DNA of 64,000 nucleotides from an uncultured cyanobacterium (lineage in GTDB: Bacteria; Cyanobacteriota; Cyanobacteriia; Cyanobacteriales; Nostocaceae), in assembly GCA_963740315.1 (NCBI GenBank), contig CAVUDP010000003.1, forward strand, positions 518,280 to 582,279, written 5' to 3'. Within the stretch, counting starts at the first letter, position 1. Each line of letters begins with the position of its first letter. This document shows positions 31,603 to 41,709 of this stretch, piece by piece. Position numbers and translations under genes: made by a program. Below the pieces are notes generated by a model. The model was not told the DNA's origin and ran no database searches. It saw nothing but the letters and a program-made list of their open reading frames with translations.

Positions 31603-32925
31603 TTACAAACTAAAGGAGGCAACATCATCATCAGCATCTGCACTTCCATCTATTGTGGTAGGTTGAAATTCCGAATCATGAATTATCTTGTCCAAAGTAA
31701 TTTGCGGATTTTGATGCAAAATATTCAATACGCTGATAAAATCGCGGACAATTTCGCCGGGAGTAAGTAAAGCTTCAGCCCCCAAACGGTTAATAATCTC
31801 GCTGACAAATTCTTTTAAATCTTTAGCAGTTAAAGCTTTTTTGTAATTGTAATTAAGCGCGTGAATATCGGCTAATTTCTCTAATAAATTCAAAATTTCT
31901 GATTCGCTCAACGGATTTAACTTCATTACAGGTCCGTTGAATTCCTGCACGCCTGCTTTGGCAACAAAACGACTTTCTTTAGTACGTCTTCGCCAAGCTG
32001 AATCGGAAAATAAACCTCGATTTGGATCTTCTAAAAACTTTACCGTGCCGCCAATAATAACACCAAGATGTTCGGCTTTACACTGCATTGTATCGTTGAA
32101 AATTGCTAACAGTCTGTTGTAATTTTTCTCCCGACTGACTGTAGGTGAAATTTGATATAAATGCACTGCTTCATCTAACAAAACCAACAGTCCTTTATAA
32201 CCAATTTCAGCAATAAATTTAGCTAATAACTTAACGTAATCATACCAACTTTCATCATCAATAATTACCCGTACTCCTAAAGCCGCCCTCGCTTCAGTTT
32301 TCGTGTTAAATTCTCCCCGCAACCACCTCAACGCTGCATTTTTTAAATCGTCATCATCCGAACGATATCCGCGCCAATAAGCAACAATTACGCTCCCAAA
32401 ATCAAAACCGTGAACTAAATCTTCGATATATTGAACTACTTCTCTAATCTTCGTTTCGACTGTATCATCAAAACCATCATCTAAGGGGCGCATTCCGCTA
32501 TCTTTAGCTACTTCCTGCTGAATTTTATTAATCCATCCTTCCAAAATGGAAACAAAAGCACCACCATCAGGACGAGTTTTTGTTGCAAGACGACTCATCA
32601 ATTCTCGATAAGTAGCCAAACCTTCATTATTAGTTCCTGCCAATCGCCTTTTATCAGATAAATCGGCATCGGTAACGACAAAACCCAACTCCATCGCTTG
32701 ATTGCGTATAAGTTGTAGCATAAAGCTTTTACCTGAACCATAATTACCAATTACAAACCTAAATGCTGCCACTCCTTGGGCAACATCTTCGATATTTTGT
32801 AAAAGGCTTTTTAGTTCTTTTTCTCTACCTACTGCTATATGTTCCAATCCAACTCTGGGTACTACCCCCGCACCCAAAGAGTTTATCAAAGCTGTAGATA
32901 CTTTTTTAGATATTTTTGGCTTCAT
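31603..32925 (-). CDS. DUF2791/BrxD-like P-loop ATPase (Shango SngB-like)
   Basis: SLGAGVVPRVGL, Walker A GNYGSGKS, LRWLRGE, Walker B LLVLLDE. Confidence 0.85.
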   Translation of the reverse strand: MKPKISKKVSTALINSLGAGVVPRVGLEHIAVGREKELKSLLQNIEDVAQGVAAFRFVIGNYGSGKSFMLQLIRNQAMELGFVVTDADLSDKRRLAGTNNEGLATYRELMSRLATKTRPDGGAFVSILEGWINKIQQEVAKDSGMRPLDDGFDDTVETKIREVVQYIEDLVHGFDFGSVIVAYWRGYRSDDDDLKNAALRWLRGEFNTKTEARAALGVRVIIDDESWYDYVKLLAKFIAEIGYKGLLVLLDEAVHLYQISPTVSREKNYNRLLAIFNDTMQCKAEHLGVIIGGTVKFLEDPNRGLFSDSAWRRRTKESRFVAKAGVQEFNGPVMKLNPLSESEILNLLEKLADIHALNYNYKKALTAKDLKEFVSEIINRLGAEALLTPGEIVRDFISVLNILHQNPQITLDKIIHDSEFQPTTIDGSADADDDVASFSL

Positions 32926-33098
32926 GCGATTTTGGATTTTGGATTTGATTTCAAATTCTTACAAATTATATATATTAATCCGGTTTGATTATTAAAGTAA
33001 ATAATTGTATGTTGTGAGGGGCAAGGCACTACGATCGCTAAAAAATTATTCTTTTCGGCTAGTTAACTCGGTATCATCGTTTTAGTTAAACAAAAAAA

Positions 33099-34415
33099 TC
33101 ATTTAGAAGAAGACTGCTCGCTTTTTACTTGTTCAGAGATTGCAATCATTTTTTGAATATTCTGTTGATATTCCGGAAAGATTTCGGGTATTTCATTGGC
33201 TGTTGAAATTATTAATTCGCCGATCGCATCTTGAGCGCGTTCGTTGATCGAATCAATTAACAGATTTGGCATTGTAATATTTTTTTCAGCTATTTTTTTA
33301 ATTGCAGAGTTAACTTTAACTTGCTTTAAGATCGCTTCTAATACCTCGATTTCATGTTTTGGTAAGCTTTGCAGTAATTCCGTCCAAGATGAAGGTAGTT
33401 CTTCCGATTCTACTGTTGTCTGCGTCGGTTCAATGGAAATAGTTTCTATGAGATCGCTAAAAGGAAATTCTTCTGTTTCTTCTAGCGCTTGTGTTTCGAT
33501 AACTGATGGCTGGGGATTCAGGTTTTCTAATTGTTGGAGTAATTCCCAAACTTGATTTTGTAATAAGTCTCTTTCTTCTTGGAGTAATGAAATTTGCCCT
33601 TGTAACTGCTCTAAAAGTATTTGTTCTGCTGCTGTCTGAGATTTTAATAACTTTAAATTTTCTTCTAACCTTTCTTCTTTCTTATTCCTACGAGACAATA
33701 GCTCTTTTTGCTTTATAAGTTCACTTTCTAATTCTTGAAGCTGCACTCGCAATTCATATAGTTTCTCTTCTAACTGCGGTTTCAGTCTTGAGAGTAAGGT
33801 TAAATTATTATCTAATTCTTCCCTCTGCTGGAGAAGTTCGCCTATTTGGGCGTGTAGCTGGGTTATCTCAGCTTTTGATACACTACAATTTAACTCCAAA
33901 CGGCGCTTTTCTGCTGCAATATTTGTAAATGAATTGTTTGCTTCGTCTCTCCTAGTTTCTATATTTTTAAATTCATTCTTAAGATGGGTGACATCCGCTT
34001 CTAATTGTTTTTTCTGAAGCGCAAACGTACTTAATTCTCGGTTGAGTGAATCTCTTTGATTGCGGGTTTCGCCAACTTGATTTTGCAGTTGATTCGATTC
34101 AATATGCAAAGCACGGCGCGTCGCTTCTAATTGACTAATTTCTAACGACATACCGTGTTGCACGTTTTCTAGCTCTTTGATTCGCTTGTGAAAGGAATCT
34201 ATTACCAGCGATTCATGATTTTTACGTTTTTTATCTGCTCTTTTATCTACAATGAATGTCGCGGTATACGTAGCAAGTATAGTCATGCATCCTGTAAAAA
34301 AGGCACTGCCGAAATCTTTGACCACCCAAGTCAAACCAAAGCTCACCCCAAAGGCAACTATACCTATAAAAAATCGATTGCTGACCATATCGTGCATATT
34401 GCTTGTTTTTAGCAT
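33099..34415 (-). CDS. Membrane-anchored coiled-coil protein with TerB-C domain (SngA C-terminus-like)
   Basis: Two N-terminal TM helices, long coiled coil, C-terminal MPNLLIDSINERAQDAIGELII. Confidence 0.75.
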   Translation of the reverse strand: MLKTSNMHDMVSNRFFIGIVAFGVSFGLTWVVKDFGSAFFTGCMTILATYTATFIVDKRADKKRKNHESLVIDSFHKRIKELENVQHGMSLEISQLEATRRALHIESNQLQNQVGETRNQRDSLNRELSTFALQKKQLEADVTHLKNEFKNIETRRDEANNSFTNIAAEKRRLELNCSVSKAEITQLHAQIGELLQQREELDNNLTLLSRLKPQLEEKLYELRVQLQELESELIKQKELLSRRNKKEERLEENLKLLKSQTAAEQILLEQLQGQISLLQEERDLLQNQVWELLQQLENLNPQPSVIETQALEETEEFPFSDLIETISIEPTQTTVESEELPSSWTELLQSLPKHEIEVLEAILKQVKVNSAIKKIAEKNITMPNLLIDSINERAQDAIGELIISTANEIPEIFPEYQQNIQKMIAISEQVKSEQSSSK

Positions 34416-34596
34416 AGTTCATTTATCAAAATATGGTACCGATGTCTCAAAGCTTACACTCAAATTGTCCCCACCCCGATGCAGTTATTTTATTAGTCCA
34501 ACTTAAATATGAGTATAAAAGAATAGTTAATAAGTCAATATATCTACCTAAAAAGTTTTTAAATAAATTAAATAAATAAGGAATGGGGATTATCTG

Positions 34597-35988
34597 TTAT
34601 TTTTGTTGTTCATTATTATCTGGGTCTAAAATTGCTAATCCAGTTTCTTCCCCCTGCTCGCTGCTGTCTGCTCCCTCCGTTAAGTCATCTCGCGGCACAG
34701 GGTTAATTGTATTCTCAGCTTTCAAGAAATCTACAAATTGTCTTGCAGTTCTTCCGGAACGACCGTTATGACGAGTCGCCCATTGTAAAGCTCGATATTC
34801 TAGTTCTTCTGTACTAATGTCGATGTTAGATAGTTTTACCAAATGTCGGACGATTTGTAAATAAGCTTTTTGAGAAGCGGGTTCAAAAGTTAAAGTCAAA
34901 CCAAAGCGATCGCTAAATGAAAGCTTTTCCTGTAGGGTATCCCAAGCGTTAACTTCATCGGAATCTTTGGGTAACGGTTCGTCTGCAAAAAACTCGCGAA
35001 TCAAATGGCGACGGTTGGAAGTTGCGTAGACTACGACATTTAATGGTCTTGCTGTTAAACTTCCTTCTAAGACTACTTTGAGGGCTTTGAAAGCGTCGTC
35101 ATCTTCCTCGAAGGAAAGGTCATCAACAAAAATAATAAACTTTTGTGGTTTATTCCGTAAGTGTTCCACGATTTGTGATAAGTTCTTCAATTCAGATTTT
35201 GTAACTTCTATCAAACGTAAATTGCGATCGGAGTATTCATTTAATAAAGCTTTGACTAAAGAAGATTTACCACTACCGCGACTACCGTAAAGTAAAACGT
35301 GCAGTGCGGGTTGTCCTAACAATAAAAATTCCGTATTCTTGATTAAAATTTCTTTGGGAGACTCATAGCTGATTAATTCATTCAGCTTCACGGGATCGGG
35401 GTTGTGGATAGCGATAAACTCATTCTGCTGCCAGCGAAAAGCTTTATACTCGGCAAATATACCCGTACCGTATTGCCGATAAAATGCTGTTAAATCTTCT
35501 ACAGCGTCAGTCCAATCTGGCAAAGTGCGTAATTTCTCTATAAGCGGTAACTGAGTATGTTCTATCTTTTGTTGCTCCGTATACCATACCACCGGCAAAA
35601 TCGGTAGATGGGCTACAGACTGCACCCATTCACCAAGAGTTGCAACGCTGCATTCATGAAAATTCTGCAAAGCTTGTAAATCGTGTTTCGCAGCTGCAAT
35701 TAAAGCCGGAGTTAAATCTAATTGGGATTGATTACTAAAAGGATTTTCGTTTGACAAAATTTGAGAAATCAAATATTCTTCCCAATTTTGATTCTTCGCA
35801 GCCAAAGTTTTGAAGAAATAGCCGTAAGCTTGAAGACAATCCCGTGCTTCGGCGTTGGGATAGCGTATAGCTTGCAATAAGTTAAGAAAAGCTTTGCCTG
35901 TTTCCCCTTCAAACACAGATTGGTAAAGTAAAAGAGAAGCTGCTTGGCGTTGGAGAAACTGAACCGATTCGATCGCTTGATTATTCAT
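34597..35988 (-). CDS. DUF815-family AAA+ ATPase
   Basis: LLYGSRGSGKSS, FVDDLSFE, YATSNRRHL, GRSGRTARQF; start MNNQ preferred. Confidence 0.88.
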   Translation of the reverse strand: MNNQAIESVQFLQRQAASLLLYQSVFEGETGKAFLNLLQAIRYPNAEARDCLQAYGYFFKTLAAKNQNWEEYLISQILSNENPFSNQSQLDLTPALIAAAKHDLQALQNFHECSVATLGEWVQSVAHLPILPVVWYTEQQKIEHTQLPLIEKLRTLPDWTDAVEDLTAFYRQYGTGIFAEYKAFRWQQNEFIAIHNPDPVKLNELISYESPKEILIKNTEFLLLGQPALHVLLYGSRGSGKSSLVKALLNEYSDRNLRLIEVTKSELKNLSQIVEHLRNKPQKFIIFVDDLSFEEDDDAFKALKVVLEGSLTARPLNVVVYATSNRRHLIREFFADEPLPKDSDEVNAWDTLQEKLSFSDRFGLTLTFEPASQKAYLQIVRHLVKLSNIDISTEELEYRALQWATRHNGRSGRTARQFVDFLKAENTINPVPRDDLTEGADSSEQGEETGLAILDPDNNEQQK

Positions 35989-36092
35989 TTTGTTTAAAGA
36001 CAGGGAACAGGGATATTGCCAAGAAATGACGGAATACAACTAATTTTCCGTCTATGAAAACGGACAACTGCAAATCGACACGGGTTTTAACA

Positions 36093-36413
36093 ATGCAAAG
36101 TATTATCGCTACGAGTTTATACGGCATTTTATCAATTATCGGTGGCATCATCGGTTATAAAAGCGCGGGTAGCAAAGTTTCTTTAATTAGCGGTACAATT
36201 AGCGGTTTATTATTGCTGATTGCTGCATACCTGCAATTACAGGCACAAAGCTGGGGTTTAACTTTAGCAATTATTGTCACTAGCATTTTAATTGTTGTTT
36301 TTACTGTCAGACTCGCCAAAACACGCAAATTCATGCCAGCAGGGTTGATGGTTATTCTGGGTATCGTGGCTTTAGCGGTGATGTTGTTTGAGTTGTTAGT
36401 AGTTAGGAGTTAG
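36093..36413 (+). CDS. TMEM14-family small membrane protein
   Basis: GGIIGY..AGSKVSLISG, KFMPAGL. Confidence 0.85.
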   Translation: MQSIIATSLYGILSIIGGIIGYKSAGSKVSLISGTISGLLLLIAAYLQLQAQSWGLTLAIIVTSILIVVFTVRLAKTRKFMPAGLMVILGIVALAVMLFELLVVRS

Positions 36414-36660
36414 CAGTTAGGAGTTAAGAGTTAGGAGTTGGGAGTTAGGAGTTAACAATGCCCAATGCCCAATTCCCAAATGCTTATTGCAAATAATTAT
36501 AGATATTTAGTATGTAAAGAAATGTTTCGTATCGATGAATATCTGCAATAAAGGGCTTTTTCTGAAATTTTATTTTGCTTATTAAGAATAATTTCTATAA
36601 TCATAAAAGTTTTAAATCTCAAGCATTTTGACAAAGAAATATTGTGTAGAAATGTTGCAA

Positions 36661-36679
36661 AATGAGAATAATACGCAAT
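36661..36679. promoter_or_regulatory. Fur-box-like palindrome
   Basis: aatgagaataatacgcaat matches ATTGAGAATAATTCTCAAT at 16/19; weaker copies at 36486 and 36581. Confidence 0.45.
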
Positions 36680-36800
36680 TAGACCGCTACAGGTAATCGG
36701 CGATAGTTGATGGTTTTGCGTAGAATATAGGGTATAGATGATTGTCGATAGTTTGACAAAGGAATTATTAGACTACGAATAAAGAAAAAAAATTGATTCT

Positions 36801-36827
36801 TCCGGAAAAGATGTAAAAGCTGCTGTA
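36801..36827 (+). promoter_or_regulatory. DIF1-like motif TCCGGA-N18-GTA
   Basis: TCCGGA 36801-36806, GTA 36825-36827; same spacing at 47636-47662. Confidence 0.45.
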
Positions 36828-37198
36828 CTGTGTGAGTGTTAGCTGTTTTACTGGATAATATATTAATGTTTGTTAATCTGCTGGCTGTTCAAAAACGTAA
36901 TCCTGAAACAAGAACAGGCATTAAAAGGTTAAAGCACAAATTTCTATATTCGCGTAAGTAAAAATTTGAATAAAAATTAAAGATTTCACCGTGCAAAGAA
37001 AGTGAAATTTAAAGCAATTGTAAAGAGTTAATTGGCATTTTGGCAGGTATTTGTCAGAGAAATACGATATTACTAAAGCGTAGTTATTGTATTTTTTAAG
37101 ATTCCCTAAAAAAGGGGCTTCGCTGGGGAATGCTGCCATAATTTAAGCCAAAACCAAAAAAAGCTGTTTTTAAAGGAATCTAAGGAAGTAAGACATAA

Positions 37199-38441
37199 AT
37201 GAAACTTTCACTATCTTCTCAAAACGTTATCCAGTATCTGCAAGAAGCGGATCTGAGTAGCTCAGAAGATGGCGCAACCGCCGATGCAGATTTGCCACAC
37301 AGTAGTAGCCGCAAGAATTTAAATATACTGGTTACTCTGGCAGATAATCGCAAGCTTTTGGTCAAACAAGAACTCAGCCCCAGAGTTTAATGGTATCCCC
37401 CATGAATTCTTTAATGAATGGCTGTTTCACCAGATGCTTGAATCTTTTCCGATTCTCGGCAATATAAAAGCGTTATCTCCGTTATTAGTACATTACGATG
37501 AGGAAAACTCTATCCTCGTGCGTAACTATCTTTGGGAATACCAAGGATTGGAAAGCTATTACAGGCATAACCTCTATTTTCCGCCGGAATTAGCATCTTC
37601 CATCGGCAATACTTTGGCAGCACTCCACCGTGCGACTTTTAAACGTCAAAAGTGCCGTGATTTTATGGCTACTGCTCCAGCAGGGCAGATTCGCTATCAG
37701 TATTTTAATCCGGCACAGGGCATAGATTTTCTTGAACCCGATATTTTTGGCAAAGTTAGCAATACGGGGCTTTCGTTTTATACTGGCTATCAGAACTACG
37801 ACTTTTTAGAATCTGCCATAGCAGAGTTAGCCTCGGAATGGAATCCTTGCTGTTTGACTCACAACGATTTGAAACTAGAAAACGTTTTAGTACATTCTCG
37901 TTGGCAGCATTTGGATAATGCAGAAGTAAAAATGATTGATTGGGAAGCCTGCGCTTGGGGCGATCCCGCTTACGATTTGGGAACTCTGTTGGCAGGTTAC
38001 TTGAGTATTTGGTTATCCAGCTTAGTTGTAGATTCCACTTTGGAGTTAGAGGAATCTCTGGAATTAGCGGCTATTCCGCTGGAGATTCTTGCGCCTTCGA
38101 TGCTGGCTTTAACTGAGTCTTATCTCAAAGCTTTCCCAATGATTCTGGAGTATCGTAAAGATTTCATCCAGTCGATTGTCAAGTTTGCCGGTTTAGCGTT
38201 GATAAATCAAATTCAGAATCGGATTAACAGCCAGCAAAACTTGCCTGACTCTAGCTTAATCGCTCTAGAATTCGCCAAAAACATCCTAACTAGAACCCCA
38301 GAATATGTAATAGAAATTTTTGGTAAATCAGAACTAGAAATTCTTAAACCTTTTGTAAAATCTGCCAAATTTTCTGCGGCAGAAAGGGAAAATAACTTAA
38401 TTCCCCTTTATTACGAAAAAACCCGCCTGCGTGGATGTTAA
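37199..38441 (+). pseudogene. APH-family phosphotransferase (LanK-like) split by a +1 frameshift
   Basis: Frame 1 reads ..LLVKQELS; removing one C from CCCC (37378-37381) continues PEFNGIPHEFFNEWLFHQMLESF into 37434-38441; HNDLKLEN and IDWE motifs intact. Confidence 0.75.
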
Positions 38442-38578
38442 TTAACAGTTAATAGTCATCAGTTAACAGTAATCAGTAATTAATGGTTACTGTTAACTTT
38501 TCTTTTTTCGGTAGATTGCATTTAATTTTCATAACCTATAATTTATAGTCCGTAGTTCATCATTGTAAAAAAATAATC

Positions 38579-39673
38579 ATGATAGCTTCTTATACAAATC
38601 CTCTATCAAATACTTTTCTCGATATTGCTAGTAAGATTCAAATCCAATCTAACTTTTGTATTATTCATCCGGATTCTCAGCCTTTTAGTCTGCCTTCTTT
38701 AATGGCAGAAACACTCGAACAAAGTTCTACAGCATTGCAGGATAAATATCTTACTTTACTGTTGCGAAACTTTTTGTACGGTATTTATTACAACAACTCC
38801 TTAAAGGGTATATTCGCAGCAAATATTAGTAATCCCAATCTTTTATTACATCAAGATTTAGAAAACAATTCCGTATTTGAAATCGATTGGCAATTTTACA
38901 ATCAACTCCACGAACATAATCACGGTAAGGGTTACTTAGATTCTGGTTGGCGGGTGTTGCGACAAGAACCAGATGGAAGTTTAGCTGTAACAAAAGATGG
39001 TTTGACATTACACGTTGAAGAGAGTTATTTAGAACCAGAGGCTTATAATAGTAAAGTTGATGATTTAATTGCTATTCGACTGCCAAAAAATCGTTTAAAT
39101 AACGGCTTCTATTTAGCAATTGGTAACTCAGGTAAAAAACAGCAGCACGATTTACAAAATACCTGGGATGACTCAGACATTATTAGTATCTTTTTCAACT
39201 TAAATCCAGCAGGTGCGATCGCGTTAATGGATAGCCTCACTTCAATTTTAAACGCCGCCGAAATATCCTTTAAATTCCAAGTTCCCCATCATCCTTTAAG
39301 TTGCGATCGCCATGATTCGGGGATACTTAATTTTCAACGTCAAGACTATCCGGTTATACAAGAATTGCTCAAAGAAATTTACGCAGAAAATCAAGCTTAT
39401 TTTCAACCAGAAATACCATTATTTACCAAATTTATAGCACCAGGATTGAGTTTAGCCGAACAACCAATAGAAAAACCTCTCAACAAACAAAGTTTCGGCG
39501 TAAACCGCTGTCAAATTATCGCTAATGCTTTATTTGAAGCTTGGGAAAAAAGCATTGATTCACCCGAAGAAAAAGCAAACATAATTCGCCAGCACTTCGA
39601 TCGAAAATCGATTGATTTAGAACGTCCTTATCTTAATCCAAACTCTGAAGATATTTATCAATTAATGGGATAA
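38579..39673 (+). CDS. HopA1-like protein (LanY-like lyase family)
   Basis: GYLDSGWRV, RHDSGILNF, PLFTKFIAPGLSLAEQP, SFGVNRCQIIA, PYLNP. Confidence 0.8.
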   Translation: MIASYTNPLSNTFLDIASKIQIQSNFCIIHPDSQPFSLPSLMAETLEQSSTALQDKYLTLLLRNFLYGIYYNNSLKGIFAANISNPNLLLHQDLENNSVFEIDWQFYNQLHEHNHGKGYLDSGWRVLRQEPDGSLAVTKDGLTLHVEESYLEPEAYNSKVDDLIAIRLPKNRLNNGFYLAIGNSGKKQQHDLQNTWDDSDIISIFFNLNPAGAIALMDSLTSILNAAEISFKFQVPHHPLSCDRHDSGILNFQRQDYPVIQELLKEIYAENQAYFQPEIPLFTKFIAPGLSLAEQPIEKPLNKQSFGVNRCQIIANALFEAWEKSIDSPEEKANIIRQHFDRKSIDLERPYLNPNSEDIYQLMG

Positions 39674-39756
39674 TGGGGATTGGGGATGGGAGAGAGGGGG
39701 AAGAGGGGGAAGAGGGGGAAGAGGGGGTAGAATTTTCTTAACTCCTAACTCCTGCC

Positions 39757-40158
39757 ATGTCTTTTACTTACAATCGCACAATTCGCTTTCGAGATACCGA
39801 TGCTGCTGGGGTAGTTTACTTTGCGAATGTTTTAACTATATGTCATGAGGCTTACGAAGCGGCTTTAGAATCATTGGGAATTGATATTAAGCAATTTTTT
39901 ACAAATCCATCTATTGCTTTTCCAATTGTTCATGCTGATGTCGATTTTATGCGTCCGATGTATTGCGGTGATAAAATATTTGTTAGCTTAACTCCTCTAA
40001 GAATCCGCGTCGAGCAGTTTGAAATTGATTATCAAATTTATATAAATGATAAGTTGGTTGCCAAAGCAATGACTCGTCATGTTTGTATTGATGCAGCAAG
40101 CAGAAAGAAGATAGGATTGTCAGCAGAAATCGTCAAGTGTTTGGAGAAGTTGCGTTAA
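39757..40158 (+). CDS. Hotdog thioesterase, probable DHNA-CoA hydrolase
   Basis: [12 protein letters not shown]; adjacent to the men genes. Confidence 0.8.
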   Translation: MSFTYNRTIRFRDTDAAGVVYFANVLTICHEAYEAALESLGIDIKQFFTNPSIAFPIVHADVDFMRPMYCGDKIFVSLTPLRIRVEQFEIDYQIYINDKLVAKAMTRHVCIDAASRKKIGLSAEIVKCLEKLR

Positions 40159-40170
40159 GGAATTTTTACA

Positions 40171-40304
40171 GGGTTCGTAGTAAGGGCTTTAGCCCTCCGG
40201 ATCGAGGACTAAAGTCCTTACTACAAACCCGGACTAAAGTCCTTACTACAAACCTGGACTAAAGTCCTTACTACGAACCCGGACTAAAGTCCTTATTACG
40301 AACC
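40171..40304. repeat. REP cluster: one inverted copy plus four tandem 25-bp units
   Basis: ggactaaagtccttactacaaaccc-type units at 40206, 40231, 40256 and 40281. Confidence 0.9.
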
Positions 40305-40332
40305 TTGTTACCCCTTTAATTAATGCGATCGA

Positions 40333-41709
40333 CTACTTGTAATAAAGTAATCCTGAGTATCCATCAGCAATTTCATAAAGCTTTTGACGATTAATTTTAC
40401 CTTGAGAATTACGAGGTAATGAATTAACAGAAATCCAAACTTTAGGAATTTTATAATTACTAATTTTCTCTTTGAGTATAATTTGAATTTCTCGATTTGA
40501 AATACCTAATTTTTCTACATAAATAGCCGTTACAACTTGTCCCCAATGGCGATCGCTTACACCAATTACACAAACATCAGCCACCATCCCGGTTGCTCTA
40601 ATTGCAGCTTCAACTTCTGCGGGATAAACGTTTTCTCCACCAGTAATTATTTTGTCGCTATTTCTGCCGACAATATTTAAATAACCTTGTTCGTCTAAAA
40701 AAGCTAAATCATCTATTTGCAAACAAGTTTGTGTTTCACCATTAAGAGGATAATAGCCAAGAGCTAATGATTCGGCTTTTATATTAATACTTCCGATGCG
40801 ATCGCTTTGTAAATTCTCTCTTTCGCCAAGAATTTCTACTTTTGCATGAGGTAGAATTTTGCCGCAACCAACTTTACCTTTAAGAAAATCTTCGGGCTTC
40901 ATGGTAGCAATTTGAGAAGCAGTTTCCGTCATTCCGTAGGTAGGGGCTAATCTAATATAATGTAATCTGGCTTTTTGTAATAATTCATTCCAAGCTGGCG
41001 CACCTCCTAAAAGTACGGTTTGGAATTTGCCAAGCCATTCAGTTAAATCTGATTTTTGCAACAAACGTTCTAACTGAGTAGGCACTAAAGATATAAAAAA
41101 ATCAATATTATTACTCAAGTCTTTAATATTATATTTTTCACCCAATTCCAACTTTTTAAAAGGTAAAACTACTAACTTTCCACCAGTTATAAAACAGCGC
41201 ATAAACTGCATTAAACCGCTAACATGATACAGCGGCAACACACAGAAAGAATTGATTTTATCTACTTGAAAATACTCTTTAAATCCCCGTACCGAAGCCG
41301 TTAAAGTATCCCAGCTATGAACGGCAAATTTGATATTACCCGACGAGCCACCCGTAGGAATCATGATATGTGGGGCATGGGGTATTGGGCATGGGGCATG
41401 GGGAATATCAATCTTGTCTATTCCCCAAATAATATCGGGTTTAACTAAATCAAATACTTGCTGCCATTCTTGTTTTCCCCAGTCGGGATTGCAGAGAAAT
41501 ACCGGACAATTTGCTCGACAAGCGGCGAGAAAGCCAGCTAAAAAACGCACGGGATCGCGTTCGTTTAAAATAATGGAAGGTAGAAAAGAATGTTTTTGTT
41601 GAAACTGGATTATATCTAAATCAAACTTTTCAATTAATTTAGTAAATAAATGGCTATTTTCGCAAATTAAACAGTGATTGTTTACGAAATATGTAAAGTT
41701 TTCTTCCAT
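40333..41709 (-). CDS. menE: O-succinylbenzoate-CoA ligase
   Basis: PTGGSSG, LPLYHVSG, TYGMTET, TGGENVYPAEVE, GKINR; men context. Confidence 0.88.
   Translation of the reverse strand: MEENFTYFVNNHCLICENSHLFTKLIEKFDLDIIQFQQKHSFLPSIILNERDPVRFLAGFLAACRANCPVFLCNPDWGKQEWQQVFDLVKPDIIWGIDKIDIPHAPCPIPHAPHIMIPTGGSSGNIKFAVHSWDTLTASVRGFKEYFQVDKINSFCVLPLYHVSGLMQFMRCFITGGKLVVLPFKKLELGEKYNIKDLSNNIDFFISLVPTQLERLLQKSDLTEWLGKFQTVLLGGAPAWNELLQKARLHYIRLAPTYGMTETASQIATMKPEDFLKGKVGCGKILPHAKVEILGERENLQSDRIGSINIKAESLALGYYPLNGETQTCLQIDDLAFLDEQGYLNIVGRNSDKIITGGENVYPAEVEAAIRATGMVADVCVIGVSDRHWGQVVTAIYVEKLGISNREIQIILKEKISNYKIPKVWISVNSLPRNSQGKINRQKLYEIADGYSGLLYYK

Noticed and set aside
31471..31770. 99 aa ORF
   Set aside because: STRR-derived and antisense to the ATPase gene.
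36738..37139. Small ORFs (14 aa, 31 aa, 72 aa antisense) as the RiPP precursor
   Set aside because: No acidic leader or Ser/Thr/Cys-rich core, and no convincing RBS.
40206..40304. 25-bp repeats as a CRISPR array
   Set aside because: No spacers; the unit is one arm of a dispersed REP.
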